This document shows, piece after piece, positions 27,301-38,312 of a stretch of DNA of 64,000 bases. The stretch is from assembly GCF_008831285.2 (NCBI RefSeq), contig NC_045138.2:3844001-3908000 (forward strand), read 5' to 3'. Origin of the DNA: Nymphaea colorata. Lineage: Eukaryota. Each line of letters opens with the position of its first letter. Within the stretch, counting starts at the first letter, position 1. The notes beneath the pieces are model-generated. The model was given only the letters and a program-made list of their open reading frames with translations. It did not search any database and was not told the origin of the DNA. Both the position numbers and the translations under genes were made by a program.

Positions 27301-28545
27301 GAGGGTACAATAAGCTCGCCCCCCCTACGTTGGCCCGTTTCGCATCATCAGGCGCGTTGGCCCTCTCGCTTACGAGTTGCTACTACCGGCTGGAAGTAAA
27401 ACACATCCCATCTTTCACGTCTCCAAGCTTAAGTCGTGTTCCAAACCACCAGCTGAAGAAGACATAATTTTAGAGCCCATTACTGAAGACCAGACCAGGG
27501 CTGTTCCCTTCCGCCGACTTGCCACTCGCACTATCAACCAAGATGGGACCAAATCTCTTGAATGGTTAATCTAATGGAACAATACCGAGGAAGGCATAGC
27601 AACATGGGAGAAGGCGGAAGAAGTTACTACTCGCTTTCCAGATTTTACACCTTGAGGACAAGGTGTTTTCGAAGGGGGGGGCAATTGTTAGGTGCAAGTT
27701 ATTTTATTCAGCAACTCTTTAATTTTTGTCGTTATTATTTCTGAATGCTTTTAAGTTAGTAATTTCCTTTGTACAGGGTCAGGTCTAGTTAGAGTGTGCA
27801 ACCCCACCCAGCACGTCATGTACTTAAGCCCTCTTAAGGGATAATCAAACCCTAATGAAGAATAATCTTTGACGTGAAGAGAAGCTGGGCTTCCTATGGC
27901 TGTGTGTGTGAGTGCTGCAGCGAGTGGTTGCTGTGGGAGTTAGCCGATCCGAAGCTGACAAGCATCAGCAAGTTTTTCAATAGACTTTGTTCCAGTAGCA
28001 TCTACTAGGGTAGTTTCACAACATCAAGAGACCACATGAAAGTCATACTCTTGTTGACATAACATAAGATATTAAAATGAACATTTGTCGTTTTGACTAA
28101 AAAGCCAAATGAGTATACCCCTCTGAAACTAGAAATGAGTAATGGGTAGAGAAAGACAAGAGACACTACAGATAACTTTAACAAGGACAAAGCTAGATGA
28201 TAAACAAATGTTGCCACCAATAAAGCATAAATGATCACTCTTTAAGCCATTATGCATATCGAAAGAGGAAGGACCCGAAGCACATCAGACCCTATCCAAA
28301 CAGTTGCTATATTGTTGCACTTGGATGCCAGATTTTGTAGGAAATTGTCAAAGGACTTATTTTGGAATTGCAAGAAAAGTGGAGAATTTGTTGATTTCAT
28401 ATGGGGACATCTGGAGTTGTATTTTGTGACGAACAATTTCAGGAGGTTGTTGAGATGGTAATCTAACTGCATTACATGTTGATACAATTGTACATGCATG
28501 AACACATATGTGACAATGGACCTACCTATCCACCCACACATGAAC

Positions 28546-28590
<45 letters not shown>

Positions 28591-29822
28591 CGAGGGAGAA
28601 AAAGGCATAAATAAAAAAGATTACACATACCTCATTGGGGGTTCTACCAAGTTCCTTCACAAATACTTGGCACACTTGATTATATTTGGATACAGGACAC
28701 CTGTTTAGCATGGAAGCCTTCATAATTTGCACATATTCTTTAGGAACCAAGTATTCCTACAAAGCAAAATAAATCCTTGCAGTTAAGAGTAGTTTGCCAC
28801 AATGTAGGGCAGGTTAGGGAATTAATAAGATTGCTCATGCAGTTTTGGCAAGAACAACAAGAGAAAATTGTATTAGCCATATTATAATGACTTAAAAGCA
28901 CTATTTTGTACATGTTGATACAATAAGGTTTTAGTTGGCAGGATCTACTAGAAGTTGGTCATTTTTAGCAATGACTTAAAACCAGCTTCGGTATTGCTTA
29001 GTATAAACAAAATTAAACCCCGATCTAATTTTAAATGGTATTTAATACCATTCATTAACAAAACAGAAGAACTACGATTGCACCCTCGTAAAATAATTGG
29101 GTCATCCAATCTTTACACAAGCGTATTCCAAGCTCCACAACGATGATCCATATGGATTGATTACTGTAACTACGCAATCATGGACAAGCGGCATCAGAAG
29201 ATAAACTAAAACCACGAAAAACGAGCATCTTCATCTTTGATGATTGCTAGTAGCCCATATTTTAGTGGAAAAGTCGAGCGATGAGAAGAACAAACGCCAA
29301 AAAAAAAAAGGACCCAGAAACGAGTTAACCAGAACCAGACATGGGAATCGGATAAACCGGGAGCAAATTGAATTGTCACCTACGTAGAAGACAAAGAGCC
29401 TCACCAATTGGCCGATATGCTGTCCGAGCTTGATATAGATTCCACCATTCTGGAAGCACAAATCCCGAAGTCGACGAGCAGATCGAACATGGGCTTCGTG
29501 TTTGGCTTCCGCCCACTCCTTACTTCCGTCTGGCAGTCCCCACAGCGAGTACTCATAATCTGAGGGCAAGAGAGCAATAAGGATACATTGGAGGAAGAAG
29601 CATGAAATGTGGTGACAGGAGAAGAGGACAATTCCCACCTAAGGCGATGATGGACGCGGTGAATGCACTGCGGAGCAGGCGAAGAGGGACAGACGTACAG
29701 ATCTTCAGAGTCGTGGCTGGATCGTCTGTGGAAGCGATAGCCGCTGCCCCGCTACCGCCGAGCACCGAACATACGACTAGCCACTTAGAGGAGACACGCC
29801 GTAGCACTGAACCGGCGGCCAT
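7518..29822 (-). CDS. ABC1K15: ABC1K/UbiB (ADCK1-like) atypical protein kinase, 12 exons, about 534 aa, putative At2g40090 (ABC1K15/ATATH9) orthologue
   Basis: Exons 29822-29639, 29559-29405, 28756-28631, 20787-20692, 20580-20480, 20353-20317, 18435-18217, 18148-18046, 16093-16002, 15912-15733, 8833-8720, 7715-7518. All are GT-AG and phase-compatible, total 1605 nt. UbiB motifs: KLGQ (KxGQ), [30 protein letters not shown]. The orthology call rests on recalled sequence similarity. Confidence 0.9.
8720..8833 (-). CDS. ABC1K15: ABC1K exon 11 (MYASQYF...[13 protein letters not shown])
   Basis: Conserved [19 protein letters not shown] acceptor, GTATG donor. Confidence 0.9.
9302..10460 (-). mobile_element. 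Internally deleted Ty1/Copia remnant with a probable 3' LTR
   Basis: RNase H (YCDNRA...[14 protein letters not shown], 9546-9887), RT C-terminus ([20 protein letters not shown], 10064-10276) and gag N-terminus ([12 protein letters not shown], ~10295-10458). PPT-like ttgaaggaaag precedes a TGT...ACA segment at 9302-9497. Confidence 0.85.
10998..14428 (+). mobile_element. hAT DNA transposon with pseudogenised transposase, in ABC1K intron 10
   Basis: BED finger CGFC...MKHHLA (11500-11630), DUF659-type core ([28 protein letters not shown]), dimerisation region ([11 protein letters not shown] ~13500) and an acidic tail. Stops and frameshifts present. Termini CAGTGTTGTA...TACAACA with cgatac/gtatcg subterminal repeats. 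TSD not resolved. Confidence 0.92.
14472..14720. mobile_element. GC-rich MITE fragment (tagggttgggcc...)
   Basis: gggccg/cggccc subterminal clusters flank an AT-rich core. Right TIR not seen. Confidence 0.45.
15733..15912 (-). CDS. ABC1K15: ABC1K exon 10 ([13 protein letters not shown]...DREELQ)
   Basis: TTTGTAG acceptor, GTTAG donor, stop-free 60 codons. Confidence 0.88.
16002..16093 (-). CDS. ABC1K15: ABC1K exon 9 ([14 protein letters not shown]...ALWK)
   Basis: DFG-equivalent DHG motif, AG/GT boundaries. Confidence 0.9.
18046..18148 (-). CDS. ABC1K15: ABC1K exon 8 ([23 protein letters not shown]...)
   Basis: Catalytic loop [16 protein letters not shown] acceptor, GTAAG donor. Confidence 0.92.
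18217..18435 (-). CDS. ABC1K15: ABC1K exon 7 ([10 protein letters not shown]...DVAKL)
   Basis: ELDF motif and LLTMEF hinge, within ORF 18172-18432. Confidence 0.92.
19416..19624. repeat. 108-bp direct tandem duplication in an ABC1K intron
   Basis: gattccttctaaagga...aatgaaacagca starts at 19416 and again at 19524. Confidence 0.9.
19736..20077. mobile_element. hAT-type MITE
   Basis: Perfect 12-bp TIR CATTGTCACATA/TATGTGACAATG and an 8-bp TSD gtttcaaa/gtttcaga. Confidence 0.88.
20317..20353 (-). CDS. ABC1K15: ABC1K exon 6 ([12 protein letters not shown])
   Basis: 37-nt exon, TTTAG acceptor, GTGAGT donor, restores phase. Confidence 0.88.
20480..20580 (-). CDS. ABC1K15: ABC1K exon 5 (VQHTHLTD...FPAFDYR)
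   Basis: TTTTCAG acceptor, GTAAG donor. Confidence 0.9.
20692..20787 (-). CDS. ABC1K15: ABC1K exon 4 ([19 protein letters not shown]...VAVK)
   Basis: A-rich loop and catalytic Lys motif, CAG/GT boundaries. Confidence 0.93.
21312..21480. mobile_element. Short solo LTR, TRIM-like
   Basis: TGTAAC...ATACA termini and a near-TSD ttatc/atatc. Internal cccactag...ggcccaaaa...ttataagcc resembles TRIM LTRs. Confidence 0.45.
21712..22008. mobile_element. Degenerate hAT-type MITE
   Basis: catagtcat...atgactaca termini with similar flanks tttgaaac/cttgaaag. Confidence 0.5.
22209..27960 (+). mobile_element. Full-length but decayed Ty3/gypsy chromovirus (Reina-like) in ABC1K intron 3, antisense to the gene
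   Basis: 275-bp LTRs 22209-22483 and 27686-27960 (TG...CA, about 13 mismatches by eye). TSD AGCAT on both sides. PBS aggtatcagagc (tRNA-Met type) and PPT gaagggggggg. Domains: gag (KMDFPRFSG), PR ([10 protein letters not shown]), RT (FFDDILIYS), RH, IN ([17 protein letters not shown]) and chromodomain (EWLI*W...ATWE). Confidence 0.97.
26098..27148 (+). repeat. Three tandem copies of a ~350-bp integrase core segment
   Basis: Units start at 26098, 26447 and 26798. ORFs 26178, 26526 and 26877 all read ST.YHPQT.GQ.EVVN...YNTSWHS. Confidence 0.95.
28631..28756 (-). CDS. ABC1K15: ABC1K exon 3 (EYLVPKEY...ELGRTPNE)
   Basis: TAG acceptor, GTATG donor, within ORF 28526-28750. Confidence 0.92.
29405..29559 (-). 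CDS. ABC1K15: ABC1K exon 2 (DYEYSLWG...[14 protein letters not shown])
   Basis: CAG acceptor, GTGAG donor, KxGQ motif. Confidence 0.92.
29639..29822 (-). CDS. ABC1K15: ABC1K exon 1 ([14 protein letters not shown]...SIIAL)
   Basis: ATG at 29822. Transit-peptide-like N-terminus. Donor G|GTGGG. Confidence 0.85.
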
Positions 29823-29902
29823 CACCACGCCCTCCAGGCAAGCTCTGGAATTATAAGTGGAAGAAGGGAGCGGCACTTTCGGGCCTGGCTGCGTTAGCTG
29901 GA

Positions 29903-30002
29903 NNNNNNNNNNNNNNNNNNNNNNNNNNNNNNNNNNNNNNNNNNNNNNNNNNNNNNNNNNNNNNNNNNNNNNNNNNNNNNNNNNNNNNNNNNNNNNNNNN
30001 NN
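29903..30002. other. Assembly gap (100 N), 80 bp upstream of the ABC1K ATG
   Basis: N run. Confidence 1.
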
Positions 30003-32138
30003 TTTCGCACGTTTGCTTGTGAGATTATTTCGTTTGATAGTATGGATTTGTGAATATATACTCCAATTTCTCTCACGGCATGAAGATGTAGCAGGTTGAA
30101 CTAGTAATATGAAAGCAAGGTATTGAAGAGTAGGAGAAGTAAATCCATGTTTAATCCACCAAGATATAGATGGATAATCATCTTTATCTGCAGTTGCACA
30201 TACATCTTCTCCAATTCCAGTAGTAAACCTTTCAAACTCATCATTAGCTTGACGATTTTGATGTATTGGGGTTCTTCCAATACCCTCAACAAGCCACTTT
30301 TTTCCATAATATTTAAGATTTAATGTATGTGTCATGCATTGAAGATGATTGCTACTTTTATCCCATCTTGCAATCAATATTTTATGCACATGATAAAAAA
30401 ATGTTGAATCTTCAAGTGGCAATATTTTTTTTCTCATGCTTAAAAATGACGCCTTGAATTTTTTCAATCATTGTGTCCCACATCTCATAAACACAGTGCA
30501 ATATTGAATTATCACAATCAAGAACTCTCAACATCGCCCAAATAGGCTATGTGAACGCAAGAAAATAAATGATTTTATCCCACCACTTGTCTTTCAAGAA
30601 TCATCTTTTGAGTGCTTAAGCATTGTCATCATCATCAGCATGATAAAAATTCCAATCATCATCAGTCACCATACTGATCAATGCACTTTTAACCATTTTT
30701 ATCCTTTGACCATAACAATTAAGGATGCAAAATGTGTCTATGCAACTCTAACAATTTTAGATTAGAATGTTGTTATAAATGGAAAGTTGCACGTTGATGA
30801 TTTACTATGAAATTTCTAATGTTCCTCACATCTTTTTCTCAGTCTTCAATCCATGAACATAATTCATAAGCTGAGGGTCTTGCTCTTTACTTGGTGGATT
30901 GCATATACTCTTTAGAGCCAAATTTAAGTTGTGGATTGCACAAGGAGTCCAAAACATATGAGGGTACTCATGTTCTATTGCAATTCCAACTGCTCTACAT
31001 ACAAGTGCATGTCTGTTATTATTTGAACAACCTTCTCTTTTCTCACTTCTTCAATCATTTCCATAAACAATCATTTCAAATATTCAGCAATTTATTATTC
31101 ACCAGATGCATCTATTGTTTTTAAGAAAATTGGTCTATTTGCTAAAGTTGCAATGAAATTAATAAGAGAGCATCTATAAGAAAATTGGTGAATTTGTTAA
31201 AGTTGCAATGAAATTAATAAGAGGGCACCTTTGCAAATCTGTCCAGCCATCAGAAACAATAGAAACTCCACGTCGCTCCAAGTTACCTTTGGATACTCTA
31301 ACAATTAATTCACTTGAGCCTTTTGTTGTTCTAGTAGTACAGTACGAAGCCTTTCAAAACTAGGGGAACATAACCAGACAAGTTAGAATTTACAATAAAT
31401 GTAACTAAATCTCTCCAAAATGGACTTCTAGCTACATTAAATGGTGTACAATTAGCATAAAATATAGTATATAGTATAGAAATTAAACTATAATTTCTAA
31501 GTGTCATACAACACTACAACAGCAAGCGTGATGGTTGTTCGTTGATCTTCGTGATGGACCTGATGGTTTGTTGACTAACTTGACTTTTTATATCACCAAA
31601 ATTTAAAGGACCATCTCTGTTATGGCCCATGTCGAACCAGTAGATTCAGCAGTAGAACCGCTGAACTGTTGGAAAATCGATTAGCACTGAATGATGCAAG
31701 CAGCGGATAGATTAGCAAGATCACCGGCCTGTAGAAGATACAAGCTTTTGAAATGCACTTAAAATTGGAATTTCTCAGCAATAAGTGCTTCTTGTCAAAT
31801 TACAAGTGTCTAAAAGAGCATCATCAGTTTTATCTATGGTTATTTAGAGAGTTACCAACGAAGATCAACGAACAACCCATCACACATCACGCATCATGCA
31901 ACAAAAAGTTAATGAGTTACAAAATCTGAAACCTTAAAAAACCCCAAAATGAAGAACACAGTTAAACTTGACAAGAAAAAAAACCCACTTACCTGTCCGT
32001 CGCCGATTGCTGCCGCAACGACCGGACGTCGCCGAAAGTCATCACTGCCACCCGCCATCACTCGTCGGGTGAAGGTCAGCCGTCAGGTGAAAAGGAAGAA
32101 GGTTTGGGTGGAAAAGGAAGAAGGCCGGGCTAATCCCA
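30003..32138 (-). mobile_element. Degenerate hAT transposon (copy 1, cut by the gap)
   Basis: Transposase C-terminus (QPATSSCRERNWS, IHTIKRNNLT). Near-identical to 54748-56888. Confidence 0.88.
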
Positions 32139-32147
32139 TATATATAT

Positions 32148-32201
<54 letters not shown>

Positions 32202-33039
32202 TATTGTAGGGCAGCTCGGGTTTGGCATGGTCCCTACCAATTTGTCGCCAATAAGTACTTCTTTGATAGGAAAGCGTACTACTAAATAGATTTTTATCGT
32301 TTGTAGAAGTTGTCTTTGTGAGATATCTAGAGATTGGGTTACATAAGTGAGTGGAAGCAACCCGGACATGAATAGAAGACCTCCCCCTTCATTAAGGGTT
32401 GCTTCAGGATTTGAGTGAATCTATGGTACACATGTCTACTAGAGTGTTTCACCTACCAAAAAGAAAGCCATGGATTAACAGCAAAGCTGTGGGAAAATGA
32501 TTACACAATAAGTTCGGTCTTCTGCAGACTGCGAACAGTAATGTGGATGAAGAAGACGCTGGCCCTTCTCCACCACTTAAAGATAACTACTTTACTCTCC
32601 AATATGACAAGGGGATCCCTGAACCACCAAGCAAAGTATAAAAAGTAATGCACACTCCCATCAAATCTATGCTAGAAAAGATGACGACGGGTTTGGGTGA
32701 TGACATGGAGCTATGTGCCAATGCCAACAAGATGAATTCATCTACTCCTCCTGGTTTCACTCCTAAGAAAAATAGAGAGGTTCACTTGAAAATCCCCTTT
32801 GATGAAACTCCAAGATGATGCCTCCAAGAGAGTTGTAACTTGCTCCAAGTTGGAGAGGGAAATGGAGAGAAGAAGAGCAAGAAAGAGAGAGAGCTCAAGA
32901 GAAATTCTAAGTCTTCAAGTGAGAATACACTAGAGTTTCTCCCAAGGGCCAATCTTGCCCAAGATGTGGGATATCAAGGTATTTATATAGGATTTTGGAG
33001 CCAAAACCCAAAATTTGAATTTTTGACCAAAAAAAACTA

Positions 33040-33510
33040 AAATCACCCTTTAAAAGGAGATTTTTTTGGTCAAAAGGAAGGGCAAATCGGTCTTGTCCAC
33101 CTAAAAAGATTAAAATTACCTTTTAAAAGGAGGTTTTTTGGTCAAAATGAAGCGCAAATGGGTCTTATCCACCCAAAAAGACTAAAATTACCCTCTAAAA
33201 TGAGGTCTTTTATAAAAAAAGAGGAGCAAATTGGTTTTGTTTACCAAAAAGACCAAAATTACCCTCTAAAAGGAGGTTTTTTGATCAAAAAGAAGGGCGA
33301 ATTGGTCTTGTCTACCCAAAAAGACTAAAATTACCCTTTAAAAGGAGGTTTTTTGGTCAAAAAAAATGGCAAATTAGTCTTATCCACCCAAAAAGACTAA
33401 AATTACCCTCTAAAAGGAGGTTTTTTATAAAAAAAGAGGGGCAAATTGGTCTTGTTTACCAAAAAGACCAAAATCACCCTCTAAAAGGAGGCCTTTTTGT
33501 TAAAAGGAAT
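33040..33510. repeat. ~71-bp tandem repeat within the LTR (also 39590-40060 and 57800-58280)
   Basis: Unit ccacccaaaaagactaaaattaccctctaaaaggagg...gggcaaattggtcttgt, about 6-7 copies. Confidence 0.88.
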
Positions 33511-33769
33511 GGCAAATGGTTCTCAAATGTTTGATTTGGATTTGAACTTGGGTTTTGGATCTAATTTGAATTTGGATTGTGCTTTAGACCAATTTAGATC
33601 CAAAAATTAGGTTTTGTGTTTTTAATAAAAGAGGGCATTATTTTTTTAAAAAAAATTTGGGGTGATTATAGATGCCCCTCTTTGTTACTGACCGGTGCTA
33701 ACCGTGCTTAGTGACAAAGATAAGCACCACAAATTTTTCAAACAAAACATTTTTGGAGAGATGTTTCAC

Positions 33770-34140
33770 GCTTAACCCCTTACCTGAATGGGTTGTTTGA
33801 GCTTATATTGCAGGTTTAACCCCTTTCCTGCATGGGTTTGCCAATATTGAATACAGGTTTAACCCCTGAAATGGGTTGCCTTGGCTCGCATTGCAAGTTC
33901 AAACCCTTACCTGTGTGCATTGCGTTAGCATGCAGGTTCAAAAGCTTACTAGTGTGGGCTGCATTGACTTGTAGTGCAGGTTTAACCCCTTTACCTACAT
34001 GGGTTGCTTTGGCTTGCAGTGCAGGTTTAACCCCTTTACCTGCGTGGGTTGTTTTGGCTTGCATTGCAGGTTTAACCCCTTGCCTGCGTGGGTTGCTCTT
34101 TGGTCCATAGTTTCAGGTTTAACCCCTTTCCTGAATGTGT
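33770..34140. repeat. 45-bp minisatellite near the PPT (also 58540-58915)
   Basis: Unit gcaggtttaacccctttacctgcgtgggttgttttggcttgcatt. Confidence 0.88.
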
Positions 34141-37100
34141 TGTAAAAAAACAAGTGGCAATGACAGGAAATAACCTTCATCACCTCGAACACCTTTGTTG
34201 AAGCAATGGCTGAGACCCTATTGTTCCTTCATTGGTTGTGACAAGAAAATTTCCTATCACCTTGAGTGCCTTTTGGTGAAATTTTTGTTTTCACCCAAGG
34301 CTGATTTTGAACTTGTTAAAATTCCCCAAACTAGCGTTTGGGTTGAGCTAGATTTGAAAAAGCCCTTAGCCAAACGGCCAAGTTGTGCTTGCTCCATAAA
34401 AATCTCTTGTCTAGTGACATGGTTGAGCTAGCTTTTAGAAAGCTCCGAGCCTAGCGGCCGGATTGTGCTTGATCAAATCTTTACCTTAACAACTGCTTGA
34501 TTTGATTGGGATATGATCTCTTTTTCTATGGACAATGATAATTGTTCATGAAAAATATTTGTCGCAAAAGATATTTAGAAATATCCTTGAAATATTAAAA
34601 AAAATGTCCCAGTATTAACAATTTCCATGATTGATAGGATCTTATTCAAAATAGAATGCTGGGTAGAAGATAAAAGGTTGATGTCTTGGATTGAGACTGA
34701 GGCGAAGAAAGTAATGAAAATTGCCTCAATCAAATAAAGTATGAACAAATTTTAAAAATGAGGTATATGTTCCCTTAACATGGAAATGAGGGTGCAAGGT
34801 AATGACATATATATGAACTTTGGTATGCAAGAATTTGTGTTTTGTCTTGAGGTGAAGAAATTGAGACAAAGCTTGTAGGAGAGAAATTTGTTATAAGAAT
34901 ATGATCGGTAGATGAAATTTTCATAGCGAGATATCAAGTTGATAATATAGGAAAATGGAACATCTCAATTTCGAAATAATTAAATCTCAAGTAGAGTATA
35001 TATATATGAGGTTTGACTCAAGAAGATATAGATTGAACCAAGGTGAATGAATGAGTCAAAAATTAGATGTCCAACGATTGAAAATAGAATGTAATCAGAG
35101 CATTAGTAAAAATCTTGGAGTAAATGATGACCTAATAAAATCATGGAAGTAAAAAAATGGTAGAAAGACACACCATATGTTTTGAAGCCAAAAACTTATT
35201 GTGCTAAATATAAGTGTGGAAACAAAAAAATGTATGGCCCGAGTCAAGCACATGTTGATCACTGACTGAGTTGAGGCGGAGACACTAATGGAAGTTGCCT
35301 CAATAGAATGAATAGACAAAATTAGATTAAGAAAAGTGATATGTAAGTGTGAAAGGTAATATCACATGTCTGAGCTTCAACATAAAACAATTTTGACATG
35401 CAATTGGGAGAAAGCTTGTATAAAAGAAATATATTGTAGAAATATGCTCGGTAAATAGTGATTCTCATAGAAAGATATCAAGTTGATAATAGAGGAAGAT
35501 AAAGAGAATTATGAGCAATTTATCAATACATGATGTTTCATTCATGCATGTCTAACAATTGAAAATAGAGTATAATCGAGTAAAGCAAAAATTGGCATTC
35601 AATTGGAATAAAATAATAGCCCAATGAAATCTTGAAAGTAATAAAATAAGGAGAAAGATATACTATGGGTGTTGATGCTAGAAAATTGTCAAGCAGAGTC
35701 ACGCTTAAGAATGTAATTCCAGACAAATAACTGATGGATTGACAAAGAGCAATCGATGTCCCAACTTATGGAGTAGTAAAATACAAAGAATTACACCCTA
35801 TGAGTATTAAGGATAAGAAAAAGAATGTATGACCTAAGCCAACCAAAGTTGGTAATTGAGTTAGAAAACATGAGAAACATGAGGTAAGACAAATAAATGA
35901 GAGATTGACAAAGTATGATGAAATGTACATTTTAAAGCAATTCAAAAAGATGGACTTGTCAAAGAATAATTGATGACCCATGGAAAGAAAGACACACTAT
36001 GTGCATTGAAGCTAGAAAGTTATGAGGAAAAAAAAATAATGCATGACTTGAGGCAAGTGAGTTGATAATTGGGCCAATAGGTGGCCATCATGTTCAAGAA
36101 TATGAAGTCAGACAAATAAATAAGGGATAGACAATGTAAAATGTAGATTTTGAAGCAACTCTAGAGAAGTAGACTTGCCAAGGAATAGTTGATGATCCAA
36201 TGAAATTATGAAAATAATAAAATGTGAGGAAAGACACATCATAGGTATTGAAACTTGGAAAATATTTGGCTAAAATGAGAGCAAAAGAATGCATGACCTA
36301 AGTCAAGCAAAGTTCGTAATTGAGCCAATAACTGGCTATCATGTTTAAAATGAAGTTGGACAAATGAATAGATGAGAGATTGAAAATGTAGGTCTTGAAG
36401 TGATTCAGAAAAACAGATGACAATATTTGAAAAAAACAATGTCATTTAGGTAGTAGGGGTAAAGCATGAGCTTATGGTGTGATCATGTTGAAAATTATAT
36501 AGAGATGATCGAAGAAGACATTAATTTAAATAAAAAAATAGAATGTACAATTATTCAATTGATCAAAGATTGTATGGAAGACACACATGCAATCATCATA
36601 CAATGATAAACATCCAACATTTTTTAAAGTCACCTTTATCATGCATATATTTGGAAAAGGAGCATAGGACCCTAATTGAATTGGGTTTGATTGAGTATAA
36701 TTATTTCATATAAGATATGCCAATATACCTTAGCCAAGAGGCTTAGTACGAGCATAGACTTCTTCATTTGGCAACTAAGGGTAAGGTTTATCAACTTCTT
36801 CCTGAACACTCGTTGATATACCACAAATTACCACTCATGGTACTAATGAGGGGTTTTCCCGCCCAAGGTGTGGTCTAGTTGTAAAGCTTAATCTTGTGCT
36901 ACCGCCTAAGGCTAAGCCCGACAACACGATAACCGGGACAAAATAGGTATCAAAAATTTTAAAATATAAGAAATCATGTAAAATGAGTTGTCTCTAATGC
37001 AATGTTACCTAAGATGATGATTAAAATAAGAAGAACAACAAACATTGTCTTCAAACAACTCTTAAATTAAGGAGGGTTGTATTTGATACTAAATCTAGGT

Positions 37101-38274
37101 GAACATGATTAATCCTCCTCAATTAGTCTTATTTGAATGAAAGAAAGCACAATCACCAAGCAATGCAATGAAGTGCCAATGGGGTCAATATCAAAATAGG
37201 GGACATGCTTTATCATTGGCAATATGTGGGATGTTCAAGATAGTAAAAATGCATCAATTATAATCATAGCCAAACGATGACGGGTCCCATCACGGTCGCC
37301 ATCTGTTTGCATCCCAAAATTTTCATTGGTTTTGGAGTGCTCTAGAAAAATGAGGTTTTTGTTTTGAAAGAGAAAAGAAAGGGACTTGCCCATTGGTACG
37401 AGGATCGACCGTTCCCAGCACCTTTACCGGGGGTAATCAACCCAAGGACTATGTTTATCATTGATGCATTTCGTTTTAACTTAAACATCTTCTTGATTCT
37501 ATATGCGGTGTAGAAAATATTGAAATTTGAAGTTTCAAACTTTTGAAAAAGTTCTTGAAGTATTGCTTGAAAATGTGAAATGTTTTAAGGAAAAAGTGAA
37601 ACTAGTAAATATCATTTGAAAAACTTGTGAAATCATTTTCAAATCACTTTAGTGTTCTCTTAAGACTTTAAGTAGGTTTGAGATTTTGCTCTAATTTGGT
37701 TACCACCTATCTAGAGCTCATCCCTTCTTGCTTAAGTTCTTTTGGAGAGGTGCTTGTGATCATAAGTGAAATAAAGTTGGTGAGAATGCATAAATGCATT
37801 TACCTATATGATTGAAAGAATGTAAAACATTTCTACCACAACATTCATCTAAAGTCATTCCTACCACAACATTCATCTAAAGTCATTCTACCACAACATA
37901 CATCTAAGTTTTCGTTGTTATAATTATTGTATATAAGAAGGAAAAGTTTTTGAAAATGGATAGAGATTGTAGACCATCAAGCATGATTCCAATATTGGGT
38001 CATTACTTGGTTTGTGGTCTTAATGAAGTCGGTAAATTAAAAATTAAAATCTTAAATGGTAAGATATTGGAAGAATGAAAAAGATGAAGGACTACATCCA
38101 AAGAGGGATATCGAGAAAGAAAAAGATCTTGAAAATCATAAAATCACATGTTTTGAAAAAGAAAGATATGTATTTGTATACATATATAAAAGCTTATGAA
38201 AATGATATTATATCAAGTAGAGAAGAGAAGATCAGAAAGAGAGATTTTAAAATGGAATACACGTATATATATAT

Positions 38275-38312
<38 letters not shown>

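Noticed and set aside
29553..30467. 304-aa ORF suggesting a hAT transposase-ABC1 kinase fusion
   Set aside because: It reads through the 100-N gap. The two halves come from different contigs.
4340..31830. CTGATGA motifs as hammerhead ribozyme cores (retrozyme), for example at ~4345 (minus), ~10714, ~19631 and ~31821 (minus)
   Set aside because: None is followed by a stem II plus GAAA with a closing cleavage helix.
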